Source: a virus. Taken from it: DNA of 61,730 bases. Position numbers and translations under genes: made by a program. Under the pieces are notes generated by a model. It made no database searches. It worked only from the letters and a program-made list of their open reading frames with translations, and had not been told where the DNA came from. The DNA is taken from positions 1-61,730 of the IMG/VR virus record IMGVR_UViG_3300044972_000763; one strand, written 5' to 3'. This document shows, one piece after another, positions 7,667-16,468 of this stretch (the stretch's first letter is position 1; the number at the start of each line of letters is the position of its first letter).

Positions 7667-8231
7667 TCTACATATCCTTTTCTATGGTTTCATTGTTACC
7701 TTGGGAGCAATGTCCCACCCTCCGCCCCCAAAAATTAATTTGAGGGCGCCGGGTAAAAACAAATTCGTAATTCTCTCTGCCTCGCGCGTTTTGCTACGGG
7801 CTCATTCCCATTCTCAGAGAACTGCCCTGCCCACCCTGCTTCCGGTGGATTTCTAGAACATCGCCCTCAGTAATTACGAACTGGGGCCGGGGTCGGAGTC
7901 TGTTTCCCCGCGCGACATCACCGCTTACTAGTCCAGGGTTTCGGCATCCTGGGAGTTGCATCTGTCAGTGGGGAGAGCAACGGTAGCAGCCCCTTGGATT
8001 TCTCCAAAAAGAACCTTGACTACCGGACTAAAATGGGAGATAAAATCGCCTATGGCGTTCTCGCCCACCTTGCCGGTAACAAGGTGACTTTTTGAGGGGG
8101 ACGCTTTTCCAGAGCGTTCCCCTCCCTCATTTTGTAGCATCCCTATTATATCGGCGCAAGAGAAAAAATAGGTTGAAATTATCCCCAAAATATGTTAGCG
8201 CCCCGATAGTTTTGCACACAAGGGGAGACTT

Positions 8232-9242
8232 ATGCAAAAGCTGACAGACCAAGAGTTCATTAAAGCATGGCATGATGGGCAGGGTTCTCCTGCCAAGGTA
8301 TCAAAGCTAACCGGCGTTGATCTAAGGACAATTTACCGGCGCCGAGATAAGCTAATGGTCACGGGTATTAACCTGGAAACCATTAAGGCTAATGGGATGA
8401 GCAATCGTCCAGTAGAGTATATCAAGAGGGCGCCGGTCAACATTGATTCGGGCGCCATTGTTATATTCAGTGACGCCCATTGGTGGCCCAAGGCCAATCT
8501 AACCCCAGCCAATCATGCTTTGCTTAAAGTTATCAATGATCTAAAGCCCAAGGCCGTAATTGCCAACGGGGACATTCTTGATGGGGCTTCTATCTCTCGC
8601 CATGATCCTGAAGGCTGGCGTGATGTTCCGCCTCTCCATGCTGAGTTGGATGAAGTAAAGCAGCGTATGGCTGAGATTCAAGAGGCCGCTGGTGATGCTG
8701 AGTTGCTTCGGACAATCGGCAACCACGACATTCGGTTTGACAAGCGGCTTGCCCTACAAGCCCCTGATTACCGCCACCTAGCGGGCATGATGCTGCGCCA
8801 TCACCTAGAGGATTGGCAGGAATCCATGTCAATCGAGATTAACAACAGCGTGATTGTGAAGCACCGCTGGCATAACGGTATCCATGGCGCCTATAACAAT
8901 GTCCTGCGGGCTGGCCGGTCTATTGTGACGGGGCACTTGCATCGGCTTCAGGTGACGCCCTGGACCGACTACAACGGGCGCCGGTTTGGTATTGACTGCG
9001 GCACCCTGGCTGACATTGGCGGGCCTCAGTTTGATTATGATGAGGATAGCCCTAAGAACTGGGGTCAAGGGTTCTGTGTCCTGACCTTCCATAAGGGTCA
9101 GTTGTTGCCGCCTGAGATTTGTGAAGTGTTGGGTGGGCGCGCGTTCTTCCGGGGGAGTCTGGTCTATGAAGCGAAAGATTCCAAGCCGAATAAAGGAACT
9201 GGCAAAGCTGCCGCCCGGCCCCGTTCTAAAGCTCGAAATTGA
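8232..9242 (+). CDS. calcineurin-like metallophosphoesterase with an N-terminal HTH-like segment
   Basis: SDAHWWP (DxH), NGDILDG (GDxxD), IGNHD (GNHD) and TGHLHR (GHxH). RBS GGGGAG upstream. Confidence 0.8.
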   Translation: MQKLTDQEFIKAWHDGQGSPAKVSKLTGVDLRTIYRRRDKLMVTGINLETIKANGMSNRPVEYIKRAPVNIDSGAIVIFSDAHWWPKANLTPANHALLKVINDLKPKAVIANGDILDGASISRHDPEGWRDVPPLHAELDEVKQRMAEIQEAAGDAELLRTIGNHDIRFDKRLALQAPDYRHLAGMMLRHHLEDWQESMSIEINNSVIVKHRWHNGIHGAYNNVLRAGRSIVTGHLHRLQVTPWTDYNGRRFGIDCGTLADIGGPQFDYDEDSPKNWGQGFCVLTFHKGQLLPPEICEVLGGRAFFRGSLVYEAKDSKPNKGTGKAAARPRSKARN

Positions 9243-9393
9243 ATGTTCTGCCTGCGGGTATGAATGGATTGCCGCTACTGTAAAGCATCCGTTGTATTTC
9301 CGGTGTCCGTCCTGTGGAAAGAGGAAGGGTGAACGGAAGGATGATGGGTCTAGTGCGGTGATCGCCGTTATCACTGGCGCTTTTGATAATTGA
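9166..9393 (+). CDS. small Zn-ribbon protein (75 aa)
   Basis: MKRKIPSRIKELAKL...CSACGYEW...RCPSCGKRK has two CxxC pairs. ATG 9166 follows GGGGGAG and overlaps the 3' end of 8232..9242 by 77 nt in another frame. Confidence 0.45.
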   Translation: MKRKIPSRIKELAKLPPGPVLKLEIECSACGYEWIAATVKHPLYFRCPSCGKRKGERKDDGSSAVIAVITGAFDN

Positions 9394-9505
9394 ATCTCGG
9401 GCGCCTTAGTGGTATTTAGATAGCAACCAGCTACCCTAGTCTCCCCAGATCGGGTCGCAATGCTGGTGCAACAGGTGAAACGTGAGCCTGTAACTCAACG
9501 GGGAA

Positions 9506-11209
9506 ATGATGCTGGCAGATTATGTCATAACCCGCGCCAATCGTGGGGAGAACAGGGTATTTTGCCCGTCATGCGGGCCACAGCGAAGGAACAAGTCAGA
9601 CACGCCATTATCTCTCCGGGATGAAGGAGACAGGGTGGTATATCATTGCCACCATTGCGGGATAAGCGGTGTATCTAAGCGAGAAGAACCCAAAAGGAGA
9701 GTTGAAGTGCAGCAGACCAGTGTTGTTCCTATGAAGAAGATTGAGAAGGCTGATCTGACAATGGATGCCCTGGCATGGTTAGAAGAACGGGGTATTTCGT
9801 CCGAGGTTGCAGAGGCAGCAGGAATCATCAGCGGCAAGGCTTTCTTTCGCAAGTTGAATAGGGAAGCTGATGCGGTTGGCTTTGTGTATAGACATAAAGA
9901 CAATGACTATGCCGTGAAATGGCGGTGTATTGAGGAGAAGGCTTTTTCTCAGACTGGATCGGCGCAAACCCTATACCTTGCTGATAAGTGTGTGGTTGGT
10001 GAGCCGGTCCTGATCACAGAAGGAGAAGGTGATGCAATTTCCTTCTGGCAGGCCGGGATGGCTGCCGCCTCTATTCCATCAGGGGCGATTGAGGCTAACA
10101 CACAGGATGATGCCTCTCGTTTGAAATGGATGGCGCATCATGACGAGTTACTAGCTAAGGCGCCTGACATTTACCTAGCGGTGGATGCTGACGGTCCAGG
10201 CCAAACCACGGCTAATGAGTTGGCCCGGCGCCTGGGTAAAGCTAAGTGTTGGAAAGTCACCTATCCCCAAGGCTGTAAGGATGCCAATGACGTATTGGTG
10301 AAGCATGGCCCTGATGCCCTGCGAGATTGTATTAAGAACGCTGTCCGTTGGCCCATTGAAGGGGTTGCCAGCGCCTCCGATTATCTGGATAGGGTTGTGG
10401 ACCTTTACCGGAAGGGGATGCCCCCTGGCCTTTCTACGGGCTTTAAGAGCGTGGATGAGTTTTTCACATTGAATCCTGGCAACTTGGTTGTGGTGACGGG
10501 CGTTCCCAATTCCGGAAAGTCTCCCTTCATTGATACCATTATGGTCAATGCGATGAGGTTACATGATTGGCGCGTGGCTTTCGCGGCCTTTGAATCTCCT
10601 CCTGCTATGCACCTAGCCCGGCTGGCTGCCCTGAAAACCGGCAAGCCCTTTGGTGATGGCCCTACCCCCCGTATGAATGAGGGGACACTGCTAGAGGCTA
10701 TGGCGTGGCTGAATGAACGGGTGACGTTGCTCACGCATGACGGGGTTATGCCGACGCCTGAGAGTTTGATCGAACGTTTTGAAACCGCCGTGAGGCGGAT
10801 GGGTGTTAAGGCTTGCGTGGTTGATCCGTTTAATTTCGTGAAGCTAAATGCCAAGGAAGGTGGCGGCATAGATACCGCTGCGATTGGGGAAATGCTGGCA
10901 AAGTTCAAAATGTTTGCTGAACGCGCCGAGGTTGTGTTCTTTATCATCGCGCACCCTGCAAAGCCGATGGGGCAAAGCGCCGATTGGGTTCCTGGCGGGT
11001 ATGCTATTTCCCATAGTGCCGAGTGGTATAACCGGCCTGACTTTGGCTTGACGATTCATAGGTCCAAGGAAAAGGGCAATGAGTTTCATGTGTGGAAGGC
11101 TAAGTGGAGCCATCAAGGGAAGGTTGGTTGGACGGGGATTCAGTATGTCCCTGCGACTGGCGGGTTTAGCGATGGGTCTGAGTGGGATTTACCGGATGAT
11201 CCATTTTAA
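9506..11209 (+). CDS. bifunctional primase-helicase (Zn finger + Toprim + DnaB/RepA-like NTPase)
   Basis: CPSCG...CHHCG zinc finger, ITEGEGDAISF and AVDADGPGQ (Toprim), and VTGVPNSGKSPF (Walker A). Confidence 0.85.
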   Translation: MMLADYVITRANRGENRVFCPSCGPQRRNKSDTPLSLRDEGDRVVYHCHHCGISGVSKREEPKRRVEVQQTSVVPMKKIEKADLTMDALAWLEERGISSEVAEAAGIISGKAFFRKLNREADAVGFVYRHKDNDYAVKWRCIEEKAFSQTGSAQTLYLADKCVVGEPVLITEGEGDAISFWQAGMAAASIPSGAIEANTQDDASRLKWMAHHDELLAKAPDIYLAVDADGPGQTTANELARRLGKAKCWKVTYPQGCKDANDVLVKHGPDALRDCIKNAVRWPIEGVASASDYLDRVVDLYRKGMPPGLSTGFKSVDEFFTLNPGNLVVVTGVPNSGKSPFIDTIMVNAMRLHDWRVAFAAFESPPAMHLARLAALKTGKPFGDGPTPRMNEGTLLEAMAWLNERVTLLTHDGVMPTPESLIERFETAVRRMGVKACVVDPFNFVKLNAKEGGGIDTAAIGEMLAKFKMFAERAEVVFFIIAHPAKPMGQSADWVPGGYAISHSAEWYNRPDFGLTIHRSKEKGNEFHVWKAKWSHQGKVGWTGIQYVPATGGFSDGSEWDLPDDPF

Positions 11210-11315
11210 GGGTTGAAAATGGATTGTTTGTTTGTTATTTAATGGGCGCCGGGAGCCTTATACAATGTGGGCTAGATGGCGACTCGCCTAACCGGCATTT
11301 TCTTCTAAATGAAAC

Positions 11316-11352
11316 AGGCCGGGAAGATTTCTCCTCCCGGCCTTTCGATTTG
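11316..11352. terminator. bidirectional hairpin terminator between convergent units
   Basis: Perfect 9-bp stem AGGCCGGGA / TCCCGGCCT with a 10-nt loop. T-rich runs follow on both strands. Confidence 0.6.
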
Positions 11353-11390
11353 TGCGAAACCCGCCCGGACGACGCGCGCTATGCGCGATA

Positions 11391-11567
11391 TTACACCCCC
11401 CAAATGAACGAGAGAAGAAGGGCAGCAACCGAGAACATAGCACCTGTAACTGAGGCATTGAAAACCTTATCCCACTTATCCCCCCGCTGTTTGGTTAGGG
11501 CTGCTGAGATAAGGAAGCCAGCCCCACACATAACCGCCAGCGTTGCGCTAATTTTCGCAATGAGCAT
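11391..11567 (-). CDS. small membrane protein (58 aa)
   Basis: MLIAKISATLAVMCGAGFLISAAL...AMFSVAALLLSFIWGV. RBS GGGAGA upstream. Below the track cut-off. Confidence 0.45.
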   Translation of the reverse strand: MLIAKISATLAVMCGAGFLISAALTKQRGDKWDKVFNASVTGAMFSVAALLLSFIWGV

Positions 11568-11579
11568 GTCTTGTCTCCC

Positions 11580-11672
11580 TTAAAAGACGAAGAAAACATA
11601 CCACACAAATGTCAAAGACACAAGTGCGGTGATGAAGATAAGAGCGATTGATTCCAGAAACAGGCGGATCAT
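11580..11672 (-). CDS. possible 30-aa membrane peptide
   Basis: MIRLFLESIALIFITALVSLTFVWYVFFVF. ATGA overlap with the stop of 11669..12067. Confidence 0.3.
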   Translation of the reverse strand: MIRLFLESIALIFITALVSLTFVWYVFFVF

Positions 11673-12067
11673 GTGGGTTGCCCGTAGGGTTTTAGGTTGA
11701 ATCTATTAGTCAAGCGATCTGCTTCCTGCATAAAAATACGCAAGAAATCTGCCCATCTTGAGGCTGCATCATGTGCGTCTTGCAGATAACTAATCAAATC
11801 CACATGAGGAACAAGGCTCTTTGGCAGCCTGCCTTTAAGGTTAAGCTGAAGAACCCCGGTGTTCTCCTCAATGAGCGCCGAGTAAAAGCTATCAGGGATA
11901 ACATGCCCTGCTGCACATTTAAGGCCGTCCGGGCCTCGATAGAGGCACCTATCGTTATCCCCAACACTAGGGCGCCCCTGTTTCACAATAGCCTCCACGA
12001 TGTAGTCATAGAGTTCCTGTGCTTCGATTGGCTGGTTCTGTTCGATCCGGGTTAGTAGGTCAGTCAT
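11669..12067 (-). CDS. hypothetical protein (132 aa)
   Basis: ATG 12067 ([10 protein letters not shown]...) inside track ORF 11669..12196, preceded by AAAGGAGAC. Confidence 0.55.
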   Translation of the reverse strand: MTDLLTRIEQNQPIEAQELYDYIVEAIVKQGRPSVGDNDRCLYRGPDGLKCAAGHVIPDSFYSALIEENTGVLQLNLKGRLPKSLVPHVDLISYLQDAHDAASRWADFLRIFMQEADRLTNRFNLKPYGQPT

Positions 12068-12189
12068 TGGTTGTCTCCTTTCAGCGTGTAAATCGTAAAT
12101 GAACCCCTGGCGCCAACAATCACGGTCAGGATCAGCAGCGCGCAAAGCGGGCCAAGCACGATCCACCAGATAAGACGTTCGGGGGTCAT
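12064..12189 (-). CDS. small membrane protein (41 aa)
   Basis: [45 protein letters not shown] overlaps at both ends. The C-terminus repeats the end of 13718..13942. Confidence 0.4.
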   Translation of the reverse strand: MTPERLIWWIVLGPLCALLILTVIVGARGSFTIYTLKGDNQ

Positions 12190-12860
12190 GGCGCATCCCT
12201 CCACCGCTTTATAGCTTTGGCGAACATCGCCAAAATATCTTGCGTTTCATCGCCAAGCGGCGTCCCCGCGCGCGTGTCCTTCCAGTGCTTGCGGCCTTCT
12301 TTCAGCGTAAAAAACCGGCAACCTGCCTTGATGTAAAAGCCATCTTCGCAATGCCACAGGAAAAACTCATAACCATCCGACCGCGTGGCGCGGCGCAGGA
12401 TACCAAAGGCGGTCTTGCCGTTGTTGATTTTGGCGCCGGGCAAATTCGCGCGGGACAAATTCGCGCCGGACAAATCCGCGCTGTACAAATTCGCGCCGGA
12501 CAAATCCGCGCCGGACAAATTCGCGCGGGACAAATTCGCGCCGGACAAATTCGCGCGGGACAAATTCGCGCCGGACAAATTCGCGCGGGACAAATTCGCG
12601 CGCTTGCCGCCTTCGCCGCGCAGCCATTTAAGATGCTCAGCCAGCACAACGGAAATTTCTTCCTTGGTCATGGCCTTAGCCCCTATACCGGGGCCAGCGG
12701 TCTTCTGGACATATACCGGCGCATCATCCTCAGCGCGGCGCGCCGCTTCTTCCAGAGCATCGTTCCGGCCTTGGGCAATCATCCGCCCAATCGCTTCCGT
12801 ATCTGCCGCGTTCAGCGTAAGGCCGGTGGCGGCATAGATTTTGTCTGCTAGGTCAGTCAT
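12186..12860 (-). CDS. pentapeptide-repeat protein (224 aa)
   Basis: About 13 consecutive A(N/D)LSx pentapeptides ([15 protein letters not shown]...). The C-terminal domain contains [32 protein letters not shown]. Confidence 0.85.
   Translation of the reverse strand: MTDLADKIYAATGLTLNAADTEAIGRMIAQGRNDALEEAARRAEDDAPVYVQKTAGPGIGAKAMTKEEISVVLAEHLKWLRGEGGKRANLSRANLSGANLSRANLSGANLSRANLSGADLSGANLYSADLSGANLSRANLPGAKINNGKTAFGILRRATRSDGYEFFLWHCEDGFYIKAGCRFFTLKEGRKHWKDTRAGTPLGDETQDILAMFAKAIKRWRDAP
12436..12602. repeat. about 11 tandem 15-bp units (GGACAAATTCGCGCS) inside the pentapeptide gene
   Basis: Read directly. Most units differ by 0-2 bases. Confidence 0.9.
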
Positions 12861-13152
12861 TGGCTTGCTCCTTCGGTTGTGATGCTACCCAATTAAGGAA
12901 TTGCAGGACTTCATCAGGTGATTGATAGCCCTTCACTGTGTCGGAATCTTCCGGGTCCATTGCCACCAATTCCCCGCTTGGGTTTAGTGCGGCAATCTCC
13001 GCATCCTTGCTTTCGCGCGGCATTTCTTCGTCGTCCGTGCTGCAATACATGCCGTAGCCCCATTGGACTGAGGCAGTCCAGCCGTTAGCGAAGGTGATCT
13101 GGAAGCCTCTTCCGAATTTATCGCGCCCGCGATGGCTGATTCTAAAGGTCAT
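12853..13152 (-). CDS. hypothetical protein (99 aa)
   Basis: Track ORF with a coupled start. Confidence 0.55.
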   Translation of the reverse strand: MTFRISHRGRDKFGRGFQITFANGWTASVQWGYGMYCSTDDEEMPRESKDAEIAALNPSGELVAMDPEDSDTVKGYQSPDEVLQFLNWVASQPKEQAND

Positions 13153-13408
13153 TGGTTGTCTCCTTTTCTCCGAGTGATGTTCTTTCTTCTAGTGTCAGTG
13201 GATAGAGTGCTTGATGAACAAGCATATCCGTTGCTTGCCATTCGTCGTCCTGAAGAAAAGCAGGTTCCCATTCATGAATCCATTGCATCACTTCATTCAG
13301 CGCAGACTTTAGATTTTTGTTCTCATTCAACAGTGCGCGCACATCTTCATCAGCGATAGCCCGGCCTTCATCAAGGCGGGCGCGGATGATTGTTGAGATT
13401 TCAGTCAT
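13142..13408 (-). CDS. hypothetical protein (88 aa)
   Basis: Track ORF, coupled to its neighbours. Confidence 0.55.
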   Translation of the reverse strand: MTEISTIIRARLDEGRAIADEDVRALLNENKNLKSALNEVMQWIHEWEPAFLQDDEWQATDMLVHQALYPLTLEERTSLGEKETTNDL

Positions 13409-13728
13409 ACCGATACCTCCACCGTTGCGTCTGGGTTTTCCTTACAAGCCTCAAGATATTTCTCAACAAACTCAACGAAATGAGGGTAAATCCCCCATCC
13501 GTTTGCTGCGTCAAACTGTTTGTAATGCTCCGGCCTTGCCTTCAATTCAGCCAAGCCATTTTCAAGAGGCTCGATTAGCTGTTCGGCCTTGCTCATGCCT
13601 ATTGTCTCGGGCCTCCATAGGCAATCATAAATCCCAGCCTCGGCAGCCATCTTACCGAGATTGTGAGTGATGTTGCTGCTATAGATTGTCGTCGGGCGGA
13701 TTGCCGTCAGATATACGTCAAGCGACAT
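13405..13728 (-). CDS. hypothetical protein (107 aa)
   Basis: Track ORF, coupled to its neighbours. Confidence 0.55.
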   Translation of the reverse strand: MSLDVYLTAIRPTTIYSSNITHNLGKMAAEAGIYDCLWRPETIGMSKAEQLIEPLENGLAELKARPEHYKQFDAANGWGIYPHFVEFVEKYLEACKENPDATVEVSV

Positions 13729-13942
13729 TTTCTTTGTCTCCTTTCAGCGTGTAAATGGTGAATGAACCCTTAGCGCCCGTCAGTCCGAAGCACCTGTGCT
13801 GTTGCGCTTCAAGCCCGTGCTTGCGCCGGATCATAGAAAGCCAGTTGTTAGCCGTGCCTTTGGTCCAGCCGGTGACTTGGATGATAGCTTGAAGGGTGGC
13901 GCCTGTTCGCAACAGTGCGAGGGCAGTTTCACGTTTGGTCAT
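13718..13942 (-). CDS. small HTH protein, DUF3489-like in pattern
   Basis: TKRETALALLRTGATLQAIIQVTGWTKGTANNWLSMIRRKHGL resembles the family signature as I remember it. Confidence 0.45.
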   Translation of the reverse strand: MTKRETALALLRTGATLQAIIQVTGWTKGTANNWLSMIRRKHGLEAQQHRCFGLTGAKGSFTIYTLKGDKENVA

Positions 13943-13946
13943 TGAG

Positions 13947-14384
13947 TCAATCCTTTAGAATCAGGGGTGGAAAGGCTGCGATAAGGTCTTGGCGTTGGGT
14001 TTCTTTTTCCGCCGCCGCCATCCGCCGCGCGGAGGCCGCCTCCACCCACGCCGCCGCCGCCGCCGCCGCTTCGAGGTCGGCGGGCCTGCCCGCAATCCAA
14101 TCATGAATGACGGCAATGCAATCATGCACTCGCTTGTCAGTGGTGTGTTTGGCCGCACGTTCCACGGACGGCATCACGGCTGCGACAACCTGCCGCCGAA
14201 CGGCCATATCTGACCAATCCAGCGCCCGAACGCACCACCACGCATCTGCGGCGTCATTAGACTTAGCCACATCGCCAAGGCTAATCACGGTACCCATTGG
14301 CGGATTGCCGAGGGATTTCAATAGCTTGGTCCATCCCTCTGTGCAGGGGGATTGATCACGAATCTGTTGTAAGGTCAGCATCAT
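13947..14384 (-). CDS. hypothetical protein (145 aa)
   Basis: ATG 14384 (MMLTLQQIRDQSPCTEGW...) inside track ORF 13947..14399. Confidence 0.55.
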   Translation of the reverse strand: MMLTLQQIRDQSPCTEGWTKLLKSLGNPPMGTVISLGDVAKSNDAADAWWCVRALDWSDMAVRRQVVAAVMPSVERAAKHTTDKRVHDCIAVIHDWIAGRPADLEAAAAAAAWVEAASARRMAAAEKETQRQDLIAAFPPLILKD

Positions 14385-14535
14385 CTTCTCCAATGTCAAT
14401 GGTTTTGGATTTGAGCAGGGCTTCCATAAACTCTGCTACATCATCATCATCCACCCCCGGCGATTTCCCGCCAGAGGTTAGATATTCCTTTAGGATTTGA
14501 TAGGCTGCGAAGGCAGCGGCGGACGTTACACGCAC
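14356..14535 (-). CDS. small acidic protein (59 aa), GTG start
   Basis: AAAGGAGCCGCACAAGTG gives an RBS 8 nt before GTG. The track ORF 14356..14607 would overlap its upstream gene by 47 nt. Confidence 0.45.
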   Translation of the reverse strand: MRVTSAAAFAAYQILKEYLTSGGKSPGVDDDDVAEFMEALLKSKTIDIGEDDADLTTDS

Positions 14536-14560
14536 TTGTGCGGCTCCTTTTGTTTGGGTT

Positions 14561-14782
14561 TCATCTGCTTGTTGTCTGAGTTGCCGCGCGCCTGATAAGG
14601 ATGGCAAGCCCCTCTGCTGTCTTACTATGCCCTCTCAATTCATCCGCCACTTGGTCCATACCAATCCGAAAGAATGTGTTTGAGAGTTCGTTTAATTCCC
14701 AGCACACTTGATTCAATTCATTGGCGGCGCCGATGATTGTATCTTGTGGGGAATCCAAAACTGTTGCCTTGTTTTTGCTCAC
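14561..14782 (-). CDS. hypothetical protein (73 aa), GTG start
   Basis: Track ORF. Its start context AAAGGAGACGCACAAGTG is nearly identical to that of 14356..14535. Confidence 0.5.
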   Translation of the reverse strand: MSKNKATVLDSPQDTIIGAANELNQVCWELNELSNTFFRIGMDQVADELRGHSKTAEGLAILIRRAATQTTSR

Positions 14783-14904
14783 TTGTGCGTCTCCTTTGTT
14801 AGCGCCATCAATGCTTCCTCAGCATCGGCGCGGGTTGGAAACGGGAAGCCGTGAAAGGCTCCCAGGTTGACGATATAAAACCAGCCGTTGATTTCTTTAA
14901 CCAT
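14779..14904 (-). CDS. possible small protein (41 aa)
   Basis: MVKEINGWFYIVNLGAFHGFPFPTRADAEEALMALTKETHK. Its stop overlaps the next GTG start (GTGA). Below the track cut-off. Confidence 0.35.
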   Translation of the reverse strand: MVKEINGWFYIVNLGAFHGFPFPTRADAEEALMALTKETHK

Positions 14905-15145
14905 GGCCGGGGTGGATAACTTCAAGATTCGCGTATCCGTTTTTGCGATAGGTGAAAACTAGACTTGAGCCGTCCGGGTAAGTATAGCGGGCGTATGTAA
15001 CGCGCCCGTCTTCGTTTCGGCGCTCCTGCTCAAGCTTGCCTTGGGGAAAGGTTTTCCGGGTTCCACCTGTCACTGAGTAGCCATAGGCTATGGCATAGGC
15101 GGACGCACCCGCGCAACCTTGCGCGGCTTGGTTTGCTTCGGTCAT
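14897..15145 (-). CDS. hypothetical protein (82 aa)
   Basis: Track ORF. Confidence 0.55.
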   Translation of the reverse strand: MTEANQAAQGCAGASAYAIAYGYSVTGGTRKTFPQGKLEQERRNEDGRVTYARYTYPDGSSLVFTYRKNGYANLEVIHPGHG

Positions 15146-15157
15146 TGGTTTGATCTC

Positions 15158-15439
15158 CTATGTAGCCTTGGCGATAGCTGCGCCAACTTGGCAAGTGATG
15201 GGGTGCGCGGGGCCAAGTCGCGCGATTAAGGACGTATAGGCTGCCTCAAGTGCCGCCAGCATAACCGGCCCGGCAGCTATCAATGGCGCGTTTTCTGGCG
15301 CGCAATAGGCTACATGTCCGCCATTTTCGGAAGCATCCTCGACGGCAACCCATGAGGGGTTTTCAAGTAGGGCTTGCGCCATAACTTCCGGCTCTGCCGT
15401 GTGATCTTCCAGCCAAGGGCCAGGGGTATGTTTTGCCAT
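15158..15439 (-). CDS. hypothetical protein, MAKHTPGP family (93 aa)
   Basis: Track ORF. Shares a 36-bp start-region repeat with 16283..16465. Confidence 0.55.
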   Translation of the reverse strand: MAKHTPGPWLEDHTAEPEVMAQALLENPSWVAVEDASENGGHVAYCAPENAPLIAAGPVMLAALEAAYTSLIARLGPAHPITCQVGAAIAKAT

Positions 15440-15442
15440 GGT

Positions 15443-15844
15443 TCAAGCCTCCTCAATTTCAGAGCGCACCCATCCAGCCGCATCTTGCGCCCACCATTCA
15501 ACGGCAAACCAAACAAGGAAGCCAATGGTTAGGCTGTCGCGCTTGTCGCGCGGGCGCGGCTGTTCGCCCGTTTCTTCCTGATAGGCGTATAAGGCCGCGT
15601 CTATTTCATCCCACCAGCCCGAAACCTTTTCGGCTATTTCGTGGTTATAGATAAGGCCGGGCGGGGCATGACATGCGGCGCAGTCAATGCTCTCGAGGTG
15701 GTGGATTACATCGGAATCCGTGGCGCCCTCCCATGATGCGAAGGCGTTTTCAGTCCATTCCAGAATAGCGGCGGCAATGCGCGGCGCGTCTTTCTGTTCT
15801 TTGGCCCATGTGGCGAGGGATGCAAGGGCGGCTTGTGCGGTCAT
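15443..15844 (-). CDS. hypothetical protein (133 aa)
   Basis: Track ORF. Confidence 0.55.
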   Translation of the reverse strand: MTAQAALASLATWAKEQKDAPRIAAAILEWTENAFASWEGATDSDVIHHLESIDCAACHAPPGLIYNHEIAEKVSGWWDEIDAALYAYQEETGEQPRPRDKRDSLTIGFLVWFAVEWWAQDAAGWVRSEIEEA

Positions 15845-15858
15845 TGTCTTGTTTCCTT

Positions 15859-16215
15859 TCAGCGCACTAGATAGGCTTGGCCGTCAAAATCAATTTCGGT
15901 ATAGTCAACCCGGATATTTTGGGCCGTGGCTTCCCAATCAATGGCGATATAGTGTGGCAGATCGCGCGGGATTTCGCCGCAATCTTCGAGCATTTCTTGG
16001 GCGTATTTTGTGAAGTAGCTTGAGTGAATCAGGATAGCGCCGTGCAGCCAATCCTCGGCATAATCCTCGGCCTCTTTAGCGAAGGCTGAGAGAGCCTTAA
16101 ACTCTTCTTCCTCTTCCTCATCCCGCTCTGCGCCTTCCAGATATTCGAGACGAGCGATAACTTCCCGGCTGTCAATAGTGGATTCGGTGTTGATGATTTC
16201 GCTTGTTTCGGTCAT
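15859..16215 (-). CDS. acidic protein resembling the C-terminal part of ArdA anti-restriction proteins
   Basis: A DEEEEEEF run, then GAILIHSSYFTKYAQEMLEDCGEIPRDLPHYIAIDWEATAQNIRVDYTEIDFDGQAYLV. This parallels the remembered ArdA C-terminus (IIIHSD..YYIEETG..VP..L..YIDY.A.GRDL...). Confidence 0.45.
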   Translation of the reverse strand: MTETSEIINTESTIDSREVIARLEYLEGAERDEEEEEEFKALSAFAKEAEDYAEDWLHGAILIHSSYFTKYAQEMLEDCGEIPRDLPHYIAIDWEATAQNIRVDYTEIDFDGQAYLVR

Positions 16216-16260
16216 AGGTCAATCTCCGCTTGCCAAGCCCTCGCCGGTATGGCGGGGGCT

Positions 16261-16283
16261 AGAAAAGCGGGGCTTGCGCCCCT
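16261..16283 (-). terminator. rho-independent terminator-like hairpin after 16283..16465
   Basis: The minus strand reads GGGGC-GCAA-GCCCC followed by GCTTTTCT. Confidence 0.45.
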
Positions 16284-16465
16284 TAGTCTGTAGCCTTTTC
16301 AATGGCGGGTATGGCGGTAAAGTTCCACCAGCCAGCATACCAAAGGGCAATTTTTCGTAGTGCCTCAATGTCGTTCGTGATTGCTGCGTTGTGAACCCAT
16401 ACGGGGCAATTTCCCGCTTCAAGTGCTGCCAGTAATTCAGAGGGGCCAGGGGTGTGTTTTGCCAT
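16283..16465 (-). CDS. hypothetical protein, MAKHTPGP family (60 aa)
   Basis: Track ORF. Confidence 0.5.
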   Translation of the reverse strand: MAKHTPGPSELLAALEAGNCPVWVHNAAITNDIEALRKIALWYAGWWNFTAIPAIEKATD

Positions 16466-16468
16466 GGT

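Noticed and set aside
7928-8188. 86-aa minus-strand ORF in the divergent control region
   Set aside because: It has a TTG start without an RBS, lies 260 nt from the next leftward gene, and has no recognisable domain. Kept only as a possibility in the finding on 7667-8231.
8829-10947. Minus-strand ORFs 8829..9374 and 10405..10947
   Set aside because: They are antisense to the motif-supported phosphoesterase and primase-helicase genes.
11224-11583. 119-aa plus-strand ORF after the primase-helicase gene
   Set aside because: It runs through the bidirectional terminator hairpin and is antisense to two well-contexted small membrane ORFs. It has no RBS.
12436-12602. CRISPR-like regular repeats
   Set aside because: The 15-bp units are contiguous with no spacers, lie inside a coding frame, and no cas genes are present.
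12240-12851. Four alternative-frame or antisense ORFs across the 15-bp repeat (12240..12851+, 12302..12649-, 12367..12627-, 12385..12837+)
   Set aside because: The tandem repeat lacks stops in every frame. Only the A(N/D)LSx frame gives a recognisable pentapeptide-repeat protein with coupled start and stop.
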